In this document: positions 1-12,073 of the stretch, one piece after another
Numbering within the stretch: the first letter of the stretch is position 1
How the letters are laid out: each line of letters opens with the position of its first letter
Assembly (NCBI GenBank): GCA_026023565.1
Contig: JAPETS010000004.1
Coordinates: forward strand, 558,001 to 622,000
Length of the DNA stretch: 64,000 nucleotides
From: Cirrosporium novae-zelandiae
Taxonomy: Eukaryota
Reading direction: 5' to 3'
Position numbers and translations under genes: made by a program
The notes under the pieces: model-generated
Told to the model about the DNA's origin: nothing
What the model saw: only the letters and a program-made list of their open reading frames with translations
The model's database searches: none

Positions 1-53
1 ATCGCAACCGCATATTACGCGTAGCACACACTACTCACACTGCATAGAAGCAT

Positions 54-3000
54 ATGGCGCCTCTAGAATTAAGCGCAAAGATTATCGGTGAGTCGGTTGG
101 CATTTCTTATCAATATTCGTAGTAGCTAATCGCTTCTACAGGAGGTCCTTGGAATCTGTTTGAAGCCTTTGAAAATGCTAGCTCTGAACCACCCCCAAAG
201 CGCCAAAGGCTTAACCCAAACGTAGAAACAGACGGTTATTCCCATCATAACACAGACTTGATCCCTTTGAAGAGGATTAGTATACAGCTTGTTAGTTGCA
301 TGAAATATTATATTCGCTCGTTGATGCTGATATTCCACATAGACCCCATCTGAAATTGTATTTCCCATTGAGCCATCCAGTCATTTTCTAGCATCGGAAG
401 AACAATGTTTATTCCTTATCATAACAGAGACCGATATGCGCAAACCTAACACCTTATCTCTTACTCTTAGGGACCCAAAAACTAAGTGCAGCGTCGTACT
501 TTCACTACAGTCAGATACCCTACATCAGGTGGTAGACGATATCAAATTGGCATCTAAGATACAAATTGAGAGGAAATATGAAGGCGTCTTGCATGCAGTA
601 GTCGCTATTAGTCAGATTAACCAACATGGGAACGCTAGCCTGAGAGTTACGATATCGTGGCGAAATCGAGCAATGTTCAAAGCAGCGATACCGTTTGTTG
701 ATAGTTTACTGGCGAAATACTTCAAACCACAATGGCTGGAGAAGGATATAGATTATACGAGAGGAGCAGTATGGACTCCAAGGGACTTCTACGATTGTAT
801 TCGTTTACCAAATAAGGATTCAGGGACATCAGAGTATCTTCAAAGTAGCCTTGTTCAGTGTCAACTATATCCCTTTCAAAAGCGTGCTGTGGAATGGTTA
901 TTGAAGAGGGAAAAGGTGAGAATTGGGATTGATGGAGGCATAATACCAGATAACGACCCAAGATATCGTTCGTATGATTCACACCATTCTTACCAAGAAG
1001 AAGTCGATGCAGATGGTCATCAATGTTTTGTTAGCCACTTCCTAGGAACTATCACAAAAGATCCTTCTATTGATACTCCAAACTTAGATGGAGGAATCCT
1101 TGCTGAAGAGATGGGTCTTGGGAAGACTGTGGAGATGATCTCATTGATATGCTTGCACAAAATGAATTCGAGTCCACACGTGCCTTTGGAAGCAGATGGT
1201 TTGGATTTTTCCCGTGCTACTCTAATAATAACTCCACCTTCGATAATGGAGCAATGGAAAAGTGAGCTGCATAACCGTGCACCGAGCTTGAAAGTTTTTC
1301 ATTATGAAGGCATCCAGAAAGAACAGCCAGGTGAGCATGACACACTCATCACAAAATTGCGGGATTCAGATGTTGTTCTTGCCACCTACAACTGTCTTTC
1401 TAGAGAAATACATTATACAGCCGAAAAGCCGCAAAGACAACTTCGCCACGAGAAAAAATATCAAAATAGAAGGAGTCCTCTTGTGAAAATTCGGTGGTGG
1501 CGTGTCCTACTTGATGAAGCCCAAAAGGTGGAGAGCGGCGTCAGTCAGGCAGCTATTGTTGCACGCTCGATCCCGCGAAGGTTTGCGTGGGCTGTCACCG
1601 GAACCCCGCTTCAGAAGAACAGTCAAGATCTTCTAGGTCTATTGGTTTTCCTTCGCTATTCACCGTATTCTTATTTGCCTTTGTGGAATAGGATGACAAC
1701 GGCGTACAAGCCAGTTTTTAAAGACATATTTTGCCAGCTAACTCTGCGGCATACGAAGGACCAAGTTCGAGATGAACTTCGCCTCCCACATCAAAAGCGC
1801 ATTGTTATTACTATGTCATTCACCGCAGTTGAGGAGCAGTATTATAATCATTTGTTTCAACAGATGTGTGACGACTGCCATCTTAGTCGAGAAGGGGCCC
1901 CTGTGGATGATTTTTGGGACCCAGAGTCGTCTACAAGTATTGAGAAAATGCGAGCTTGGTTAACTACGCTTCGTAGAACATGTCTTCATCCAGATGCTGG
2001 GGCCAGAAACCGCAAAACCTTGGGAACTGGCGATGGTCCCCTTCGAACTGTAGCCGAAGTTCTAACGGTTATGATTGATCAAAGTGAGGGTCAACTCCGT
2101 TCAGAACAGCGAAATCTACTCATGAACCAGATTAAAAGAGGGCAGATAGAAGAGATTGCGAAAAGAAGTGAGAGTGCACTAAAAATATGGGAACGTGCCT
2201 TAGAGAGTGCTTCCGCTATCGTTGATGGATGCCGATCTCAACTAGAGAACGAGATGGAAAAACAAGATGCTTTAAAGAGATGTCAGAGTAGTGAAAAAGA
2301 CGATACCAAAGATGAAACTGCTGAATTGAGTGATCGCGCTCGACTCTACCGGCAGCGTCTACGCTCTGCCTTAGAGGTGCAGCACATTTGCATGTTCTTC
2401 ACGGCCAATGCTTTTTTCCAGCTGAAGTCTCGTGAAGAAGTTAAAGAAGAATCTAACGAATACAAGGATCTCGAGAAAGCAGAAGAACAAGCGTACGACA
2501 AAGCAAAACTTATTCGTCAGGAGTTGCTCTCTGACATACTTGGCAAGGTTGGAAAATTAATGAAGTCTATCGAAGAGAAAGTAAAATTGGGTTCCTTTGT
2601 TGAGATTCCTGAGATGCTTCCATCCGACCCGCCTGGAGGAATTGAGTCAAGAAAAATATTTGATAAGTTTGAGGACCTTTGTTTGAAGCTCAACGACCAA
2701 GCTGCTCAGCTGAAAATATGGCGAGCGGAAATGGTCGAATTACTACTAAAATCATTGGTTGACGATGATGATAGTATTGCTCAGGGTGACGAGTATGAAG
2801 AGTCGACAAAACAGCAAGATAATAGCTATGTCTTACTAGAGGCCCTTCGTGCAGGTTTTGCGGATAGACATGATGCTATCACAGGACAAGAAAACACGTT
2901 GATAAAGCACGAAATGAAAGAAGCGTTGAAACTCGCTGCAAAAGGGGAAGGTATGTTACATTATTGCTCGCTCAAAAAATGCCATTGCTAAACTTCGGCT

Positions 3001-4663
3001 AGGACCGGCCCCCGATTTGTTCAAAGAAGTCCTCATATTGCGCCAGCATCTTAAGCCTTCCAAGGATTTAGAGTCGTTAAGGGGAATTATAACAGAGTTA
3101 AAGGCCCTCCAGACTTCACTGCAATGGTCCAGTGATAGTGAGGGCTCAAGGGCTAATATTGAACTCTCCATCGTCCAAAACATCATGAAAGAAGTACAAG
3201 CATTTACTACAGCTCAAACCAAGGCCAGCTCCGCCTTGGAGAAGGAATTAGACCTGCTTCGTGATACGATGAACGTCAGGTTGGAGTACTATCGACAACT
3301 CCAGCAGATTTCCGATACCGTAGCTCCTTTGACAGACGAAGAAGATCCCGATCCTACCCTATACGAAGCTAAAATTCCAGCAATGATGAATGAAGAAGAG
3401 GGTCTTCAAGCTAAAGTTGACTCATGCAATTCCAAGTTACGATACCTGCTTCATCTTCAAACTGAGGAGTCCATGGATGATGAGCAAAGGATATGTATCA
3501 TCTGTCAACAACCCATCGAGATTGGTGTGTTGACCTCCTGTGGACATCAGTAAGTTTCCTATTCTAGATCAAGAGCTATTAGTTAACTGATGATTTTATG
3601 AAGATACTGCAAAGAATGCATGATGCTTTGGATGCGCCAATCCCGGCACAGCTGCCCTATTTGCAAAAAGCGTCTTACCTCCAACGACTTCAATCAAATC
3701 ACATATAAACCCCAAGAACTCACAGTACAAGAGGAAGGTCTTGATCATATTATACCCTCAACAGGTTTCTCGGCTTCCTCTTCCTCCTCCTCCCTTATCA
3801 AGCCCGAGACCACGATATACTCCTCGATCAATGCTACAGACCTAACAGAAATTAAAAACATTGATCTCCCCTCCAATCTCTCATACGGTACCAAAATCGA
3901 CACTTTAGCTCGTCACTTAATCTGGTTACGTCAAAACGACCCCGGTTCAAAGGCAATCGTATTTTCCCAATACCGCAACTTTCTTGGCGTACTCGCCAGC
4001 GCCTTCGACCGATTTAGGATCTCGGCCGTCAGCATTGAAAGCAAAAATGGTATTGAGAAATTTCGAAAAGATCCTGGTATAGAGGTCTTTCTGTTACATG
4101 CAAAAGCACATTCGAGCGGGTTGAATTTGGTTAATGCAACCCATGTGTTCTTGTGCGAGCCATTAATCAACACGGCATTGGAACTCCAAGCCATTGCCCG
4201 GGTCCACCGTATAGGCCAGCATCGACCTACAACAGTATGGATGTACCTTATCAGCGGCACCGTCGAGGAAGCCATCTACGATATATCCGTCAAACGCCGC
4301 TTAGAGCATATTGGCCAAAAAGGCAAGAAAAGAATACAATTATCGACGACTGAACCCCTCGAGAACCCCGAACTCGGACCCGTTTCTTCAGGACCGGACA
4401 CCAGGACCTCTGGAACCTCGACTCCCGGCGAACTCGAAAGCGTCCTCGACAGTGCCAACAGCTTCGAAGTTCAGAACAGTGCGCTCTCGTCTATGTTCTC
4501 CAAAGCCCCCAGCGGAGGCGAATTGGTTGATCAAGGTGATGTATGGAATTGTTTGTTTTTGAAGGGGGGGAAAGGAGCCGATGCTGGGAGTTTGGGAGAC
4601 ACGAACGGAGAGGTTGGGAGATGGCTAAGAGGGGAAGCTGTGGATAGGAGAAGGGACGCATGA
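54..4663 (+). CDS. IRC20: SHPRH/Irc20-like SNF2 helicase and RING E3 ligase (5 exons: 54-87, 142-290, 343-2950, 3003-3549, 3604-4663)
   Basis: Contains GGILAEEMGLGKT (Walker A), LLDEAQ, TGTP, a RING split by an intron (CIIC...CGHQ|YCKEC...CPIC) and a helicase-C domain (VFSQY, GLNL, QAIARVHRIGQ). Introns 88-141, 291-342, 2951-3002 and 3550-3603 are all GT..AG and keep the frame. Confidence 0.85.
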
Positions 4664-5456
4664 ATGAGGTTTGTAAATGGTTGGTTAATTGATTCGGCTT
4701 TTTTCTCGTCTTGTGTTGAGAGGGCTTGAGGTTCCAGCCGACGATGGTATACATGCAAATTATGTAAATTTTGATATGTCATGCTACTGGATGGACTGTT
4801 ATGATTAGCATTTAGTAATCTCTGGGATTGACCGTGTGTTAGTGCGGATATATGATATATGATGTATGTACATGTACTGTACTGTACCTAGTCATCCGTT
4901 CTTGAAATACATATCCAAAAACGAATCGAACTAGAAAGAAAACCCAACAAATAGAGAAGAAAAAATAAAATAAAATAAAAATCAATCATGCCAAGGCAAA
5001 AACGGGTATATAGATATAGATAGTCTATATATCCCTAATAATTTAACAACAACCCCCCGAAAAATGGAACTTATAATTTATAATTTATGATTTCACGTCA
5101 TCTACATAGGAGTTAGCCAACCAAAAAAAGAAAGAAAGAAAGAGTAAGAATCGACAGTTCAACCAGGAAATAGCTACGTTTAAATTTGTGCATTGCTTTT
5201 CATTTGGGGGAGGGGGAGGGGGTTTGTGCTATGATCAGCCCCTGCCATGAAAATCCATTTCGCGTAAAATATCTACGACTTCCCGCCCCATCCATCCAAT
5301 GTTTGTAAAAAAAACCATGATCTCATAGAACTACTTGTTTTGGAGATAGATACCCAAGCCACAAACGCCATCCATCTACCCTATCCGGTCTCTCTCTCTC
5401 TCACCTCACCTCACCTCACCCCACAACGAACGCTTAGCTAGATCCATATCCCTGTC

Positions 5457-5877
5457 TCATTTCTTCCCAGAGGATCCACCGCCAGACTGGCTCTGGCCGG
5501 AAGGGGTAGTGTAGGTTGAAGAGCCCTGTCCGTTGTTGTGGTATGTGCTTCCGTCGGAGTTGCTGTAGTAATAGGATCCGTCGCTTTGAAGAAGAAGGGT
5601 TAAAATGTATGAGCCATTATTCGATATCATTTCTTTGAAAGGGGGGGAAAGGGGAGGAAGAGAGAATTACGTGTTGGAATAGTGATAGCTGTTAGGGTTC
5701 GCAGCGCTAGAGCCATAGTCGCGGGAGCAATAGTGGTTTCCCTACAAGTAGAAGGACTCTGGGTCAGTGTGTGTTGATTGAGAATTAGGAAGAGGACACG
5801 GTGGGGGGGGGGCATACGCTAGAATTGGTCCCGGAGGACTTGTAGGAATAGGAAGAACCTTTATTGTCTTGAGGCAT
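5457..5877 (-). CDS. Uncharacterised 85-aa Ser/Gly/Tyr/Asn-rich microprotein (exons 5877-5818, 5741-5671, 5583-5457)
   Basis: Spliced ORF: MPQDNKGSSYSYKSSGTNSS/GNHYCSRDYGSSAANPNSYHYSNT/DGSYYYSNSDGSTYHNNGQGSSTYTTPSGQSQSGGGSSGKK*. Introns are GTATGC..CTGAC..TAG and GTAATT..TTAAC..AAG, phases match, and codons are mostly C-ending. Confidence 0.85.
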
Positions 5878-6069
5878 CTTGATGCTAGTTATGTGTTATT
5901 CGGAGCAGATTTAAGTAAACCTTAATGCGTACTACGTAGCTTATCAGCCTTATCGTATGATTGATGATGGAAGTATAGGTATGAGCGTTGATATAACCAA
6001 AGATGCAGAGTGTAAATATACAGTAAGTCATATTTTTCATTGCTCCCTACCTCCATTATTAATTACAGA

Positions 6070-7901
6070 CTACAGTATGCAATTACCTTTGTTCCTTAAG
6101 CACCACTCCATCTGTACCATGCCAGCTCCAACCCCGCTTGCCACCAGTCTCTCTCTCATCTCCGCCAACCTCCTGGTTGTATCTTCGGTCACCGGTTTGC
6201 CTGTTCCACTCCATAGTACCTCCGCTGCCGCTGCGACACGAGGCCACAGCATCACATCCAGAGTCACACTATCTGTCATTTCGCCCCACAGATGGACTTC
6301 TCCACCAGCTATCAGTTGTCTCTGGCTTTCGGGAATGTTTGCTAATGGATCATATGAATAGACATGCCGCCAGTTCTTATATGGGCTACAGTAGTCGGTG
6401 TATGGAGGCCCGATCGGGCTATCAGGGTTAGTTGAATTGCGGTCGAGGAAGGTGCCCTGGCCGCAGTCAAGATACCAATGGGTATTAGATCCGAAAAGAG
6501 CTTTGTGACCTGTCCTCAAGATGGAGGCTAGAGATTCGGCGGAGCGCCAGGCTTGGACTATGGTCGTTTGAGGAAGGGTGAGATTCCAATCTAGAATCAT
6601 CTCTTCCCAGACAATTGGAGTGAGTGAGTGAGATTCTGTAATGGAAATAAGTCGAGTATATAGCGATTGAAGAAGAGGTCGAAGAACGTCTATGGAGGAT
6701 GAATTAATAGTAGGATCAAGGCTATAGGCTCGAGTGTTAACCTCGTCACCTCCGATATGGAAATACGAGCTATAGGGGGCAGAACGGGGGAGCAAGTCGT
6801 TTAGAAGGATCGTAAGGAAAGAATAGACGTCAGATGAATTCAATTTCAATTGGCCAGCGGGTGGTTCAAGGGCAAACAAGTGCCAGGGGTGTTCATTAGC
6901 AGCTACAATGAGATTGGGATAGCTATGGGCGATGGAAGTAGTGTGACCGGGTAAATCAATCTCTAGATACACCTCCACCCCACGTTCTAACCCGAAACGT
7001 TGCACCTCTTGGAGATCTGAGGTTGTCCAGGTCTGAGAACCATCATAAGCACCATCGAGAGCCAAATTCGGAAGAGAGGGGATCTCGAGAGGCCAGGACT
7101 GGGAATCTGATGCATGTATATGGAGTCGATTCAACTTGTTATGGCTCATGGCGTCGATGGTCTTCATAACAGCCTTTGGGGGGATCCAATTGCGAGCTAT
7201 GTCTAGGTTCAAGCCCCTATGTTGGAAGGCAGGGCCATCAGTGATGACTACTGGGGCATATGGTGTATATATATCGTCTCGATACCTAGAATGCGCATAA
7301 AAAAGCTGTGAGAGCGTCTGAATAGCATACAGTCCACCTTTCAGAGAAACGGTCTTTATTAAGATATCACCATTCTCATGAATGCTAAGTGAGTAGGCCT
7401 CATCCGAACTAACGTGATGAATTAACTGGTACTCGATATGCCTAGCTTCCTCGATGGTAATAGACTGAATATAGCGTCTCGTGTCATTGATAGCTGGTTC
7501 GAAATTTGTTTTTTTAGGATAAAACTTTCGAGGCACAAATCTTTGGCTAAACAAGTTATGTTTCATTCGTTCAACTGCAGATTGTAATATAACCTCGGTT
7601 GACACTGTAGACTTGTCAGGTGGGAGGTTTTTGTTGCCAGGCCTAGCAATAAGCATTTGATCAGTCATTTGAATTAAATTGTTCATAGCACAAGGCATAC
7701 AGACATTAAAATATTCTGAGATTTGCTCCAAATATATGAGAAGCCATTGCTCGATGTTTTTAGGGGTTTATAAATGCACTTGACATTGTCTGATAACCAG
7801 AGCGTTGAGGAGCCATGTTGATATTCAGTCGGGAGGGGCCATAGCGCCAAAACAGGCGTAGACAAGTAGCACAATGCTATTAATGGCTTGAGAGTAAGCA
7901 T
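6070..7901 (-). CDS. Secreted beta-N-acetylhexosaminidase, GH20 (exons 7901-7705, 7642-6070)
   Basis: Signal peptide followed by LWPLP; motifs HRGLNLDIARN, LHIHASDSQSWP, EIDLPGH, catalytic HIGGDE, WYLDCG, LWGE and LWPRVAAAAE. Confidence 0.93.
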
Positions 7902-8418
7902 TTTATGTAGTTCAATCTTGAAATGATTCCAAAGGCAAGCCCGAAGAAATTAAAGCTGGTTGGATATTTTTGAATCGAGAGACTAAATAGCGGGGAATGG
8001 ATCGTGGACCTTTTACATTCAGCAACCGCTCCAAGGTTATTCCATAAGATTAAGTATATTACCATCGCCACTACGACTACAATAATCGTCCAAGGGTATT
8101 CATGGTTTTAGTTTGTTTTATTCTGCTAGTCACTCTTTTTTAAGATATGTAGATTTAGCAAACCAAGTCTCTCATCCCTCATCTTTCGTTTGTCGAAAAG
8201 TCACAAGCGACAATGTACCTTCGAGCATTTCAAGTAAATTGCCAGCATGCACCTGCATCTGAGAATGAGAGACCTCCTCCTGTCACGAACCCATGACAGA
8301 AAGAATTAGAGCTGCTAATCAAATAAAGAGGTTAGAGACCTTTAGCGTTAATGTCCTTCGGGAATGACAGCAACAAAAGATGATGAAAAGAATCCCTTTG
8401 AAGCCAATCCCTTATAGC

Positions 8419-11400
8419 TTAGCTTCCACGGAACAAGAACTGCATATCCTCTGGTGTTAACTTGTCAATGGCAACGTCATCATTGTTGATAGTGCCCTTG
8501 ATCATATTTGCCTTCTTCTCCTGCAGCATTACGATTCTAGATTCAACAGAATCTTCAATGACAAGGCGGGTTATAACACAGGGACGACGTTGGCCAATGC
8601 GGTGACAGCGGTCGGCACTCTGCCACTCTGCAGCGGGGTTCCACCATCTGAAAAACCAATGTTAGTTGGAACGCCTTGGCGAAACCCAAGAAGGATGAGG
8701 AACAATGAAACTTACGGATCAATGATGAATACCCTAGAAGCTTCCGTTAGATTCAAAGCAACACCACCCGCCTTTAAAGACACAAGAAAGACTTCCACAT
8801 TGACATTGTTCATGAAATGGTTGATAGACTTTTCACGTTGAATTGGTGACATACTCCCATCTAGCATCACAGTGTTGAATCCAGCTCGGTGCAAGCGCCA
8901 CTCGACAAGTTGTAACATGGATGTAAACTGCGAGAAAACGATGGATTTACAAGTCTGTTTCTTGGAGCGAAGTCTGTAAAGTTCGTAGACAAGCATCTCA
9001 ATTTTTGTGGAAGAGGTCCAGTCCTTCATATTGATGCGATTGATGATGGAATTCTTCTTGACATAATCTTCATCCTGCTCAATATCCGGTTGCTCAAAGT
9101 CGATCGAAAGAGGAAGATGACAACGAGGACAGTCTGGCTCTCCGCCTGTGCCTTCGAAAGAGTGTACGTAGTCTTTGGAACATTTACGGCAGAATTCATG
9201 CTTGCATTTAGAACGGATAGTTTCTTCTGCTGGTTCGTCACAAATACTACAGATAAGAACATTCTGTCCACCTGCTGCGCTCTTCTTAAGAATAAGATCT
9301 GGATGGTCTGCTGTCTGTCTCATCTGCATAAGAAGACCAAAGATGTTAGCATAATTGTCGAGCATGACTCCCCGACTGACGTAAGTATCGAACTGGCGAG
9401 AGGTGTCAGACATGATGCTTGAAGAAAAGTCTCTCTCTATTTCTCCAAAAAACTCGTTATGAATAATGACCTCCTTGGGAGGGAGCTCCATGGACGATGT
9501 ATGATTTTGTTTCATTCGTCTCAGCATGATCCTGTCGGTAAGAAGCCGAAGCTTCTGCAAGGCTTCACGACGTTTTCCAATACTTTCAAGTTGCGTAATT
9601 GGGTTCAGGATTTCTTGGTTAAACACTGAAACATGGTCCAAACCCCTGTGACCGCAATGAAGGCAGTGTCTATTTTGCCCTTGGGCCCAATGCAGCTCCG
9701 AACAGCTGCATGATTTGCAGAAGTAGCATGCGAAGGGCTTTACCTCAATGAAACGCAAAAGACTAAAGAACTCTCCGATTTTGTTCTGGACAGGGGTCCC
9801 AGAGAGACACCATTTGTAATCCGCTTGGAGAGCAAAGCAGGCCTTGGCAACGCCAGTAGTTCTCGACTTGATACTATGAGCCTCGTCAAGTACTAGGCGA
9901 TGGTAGTGGATCGCATGTATCATGCTATCTTCCTTAACAAGACCATCATCACGTTTCCAGCCCTTGCTTTCTTTTCGATAAATAGACTCGAGTCCAGAAT
10001 AGGAAATCATGATAATATCATAACCCTCGAGATCTTCTTTCTTCATATGCTTGATCTTCGGATTTGAGCGGTGATAAACAAGAACTTTTAGTTTCCCGTC
10101 CGTGTATTCATTAATCTCGGATTGCCACTGCATTAGAGCAACAGGCGGAACTACAACCAGAGTTGGGTTTTTCTGTGGGTAGTCTGACATAATGAGGGAG
10201 ACTGCTTGTATTGTCTTCCCCATTCCCATTTCGTCTCCCAGTAAGCCACCCTTCCATTTAGTTTTTTCTTGCTTTATCATCCAATCGAGACCTTCCAGTT
10301 GGAAAGGTTTTAGCTTTCTAGTGATTGCTTCAGGCTGCTTGGCCGGAATTGGTGTGATTGGGGGTGTTTTTTTTAAATCGTCCCAGAGCGTGATAATGTC
10401 GGGATGCTGTCTCTCTAACTTGAGCCGTTCTGTGGCAGCCTAGTCAACGTGTTAGTGAAGGATTTTCATAAAATGCTTGTCAATACTTTTATTATGTTCA
10501 GATGAAGCCAATAACATTGCTAGATCAATCCCTTCCGTGATCTGAGAGAAGACTTCTCCAAAATTGATATACAAAAAGGATTAAAGTGTTCAGAGTTGGG
10601 GTGAAACGTTTAGCAAACTTACTCTTGATCTCCGACCCCGACGTGAACGAGGGATGCCCTGTACAAGGGGTGATACTGACCGATTTGGTGGGTGCAAGTT
10701 TGATGGGGGCAAACTCCTATCCAGTTCATCGCTGGCCGACGAAGTATCCCCCTCAGACGATTCGTCTTCAAACAACATCTCCTCACCTGAATCGACTTCT
10801 GACCCAAATGCAACCTTAGGTACTTGGTTTGGTTTAGTAGAGGTCATAACGGTTCTCCGTCGTTTCATCGACAAGGATAGAGAAAACGATTCATCTGATT
10901 TGTGTAGCGACGAAAGATCAGAAAGACCATCATCACTATCCTCAGTTTCCATCTTTGGTCGGCGAGAGTTCAGATTTCTGCTCTTAGCTTGAGGTTTAGG
11001 TAGTCTCGAGTACTCTTCTTCTTGTAATTTGCGAGCAAGCTTGGCATCTGGATCATCGTCTTCAGAGCTTTCTTCTTCTTTCTCACCATCACATCGCTTG
11101 CGCTTTGATGTGGTTAAGGCATATTGACTTTTCTGAAGTTGATGAAGTCGATCTGAGGCATAGACTCTCGTAGAATTCTGAAGTGGTGTCGAAGCCATTG
11201 TCTCCTTGAACGCAAGTGGTTCTGCAGGTGTGACTGCGTTGCTAGTCATAGGTGTATCATAATCGCTATAATTGGCTGAAGAAGGGAGGGTCGATGGTGT
11301 TCTGTCTGCTGAAGGTTGTTTCTCGCGCTTCATTAGACTATCTTCCCTGCGAGAGGGAATATATACTTCTTTCAGTATGGATGCAGTCTTCTTGATCTTA

Positions 11401-11731
11401 GGTTGCGGTTTGTGCGGAAGTTCATTTGATTTATTCAAATCCTCCATAAGGTCTTCTTCAGCTGAACTCTCATCACTGTCCAATACGTCCTGTAATATAT
11501 TCGAGGATCTAGTAGATCTAGTAGATCGACGATAGGTTGGAGCCTTACCAGTAGCCTTACGGGACGCTGAGGAAGACGCTAGAAATATGTCAGGTCTTGT
11601 ACTCAAATCCGGTTAAAACAAACAAATGAGAGTTAAATGAGTGAGGTGTTCATTTTAAAGTGATATGTACGGGTAAACATATTTGTCGTTGTATTCAACA
11701 TACCTCCAGCTGCACGTCTGGGTCTTCCCAT
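8419..11731 (-). CDS. RAD16: Rad16 global-genome NER SNF2 ATPase with RING (exons 11731-11704, 11578-10623, 10439-8716, 8647-8419)
   Basis: Motifs [28 protein letters not shown], internal RING (CSIC...CKHEFCRKC...CPRC), [16 protein letters not shown] and [22 protein letters not shown]-terminus [10 protein letters not shown]. Confidence 0.95.
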
Positions 11732-12073
11732 TGCTACAATCTCCCCGCCAAATGAGTCTGAATTCAGTGTATCTTCTCGGTTGGTTCTAGTTTCAACCGA
11801 ACTCTGTAAATCTGACTCAATAAAATCACTGACGAAGAGTACTTGGTTGCTAAGGAGTGACAAGAGCAGCAATATTAAGTTGAACTGAATTATCAGCCAT
11901 CGCCACCCCCTGGCTCTTGTCTTATCGCTTCAATTAACTAGCGCGTTTCTGCCTACACACGAAGTCACGCCCCTTCTTTATTCAGCCGAATATCCACGAC
12001 TTTATTCACCTTCACTTTCTTTATTCTCCTTATTACTCTCTAGCAAACTTATTTTTCGGATCAGACGGACATA
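11732..12073. promoter_or_regulatory. Short bidirectional promoter/5'UTR region shared by RAD16 and RAD7
   Basis: About 340 bp separate the divergent start codons, with pyrimidine-rich tracts facing each gene. Inferred from gene geometry. Confidence 0.6.

Noticed and set aside
10440..10622. 183-nt RAD16 intron as a snoRNA or transposon host
   Set aside because: No recognisable C/D or H/ACA boxes in context and no TIRs.
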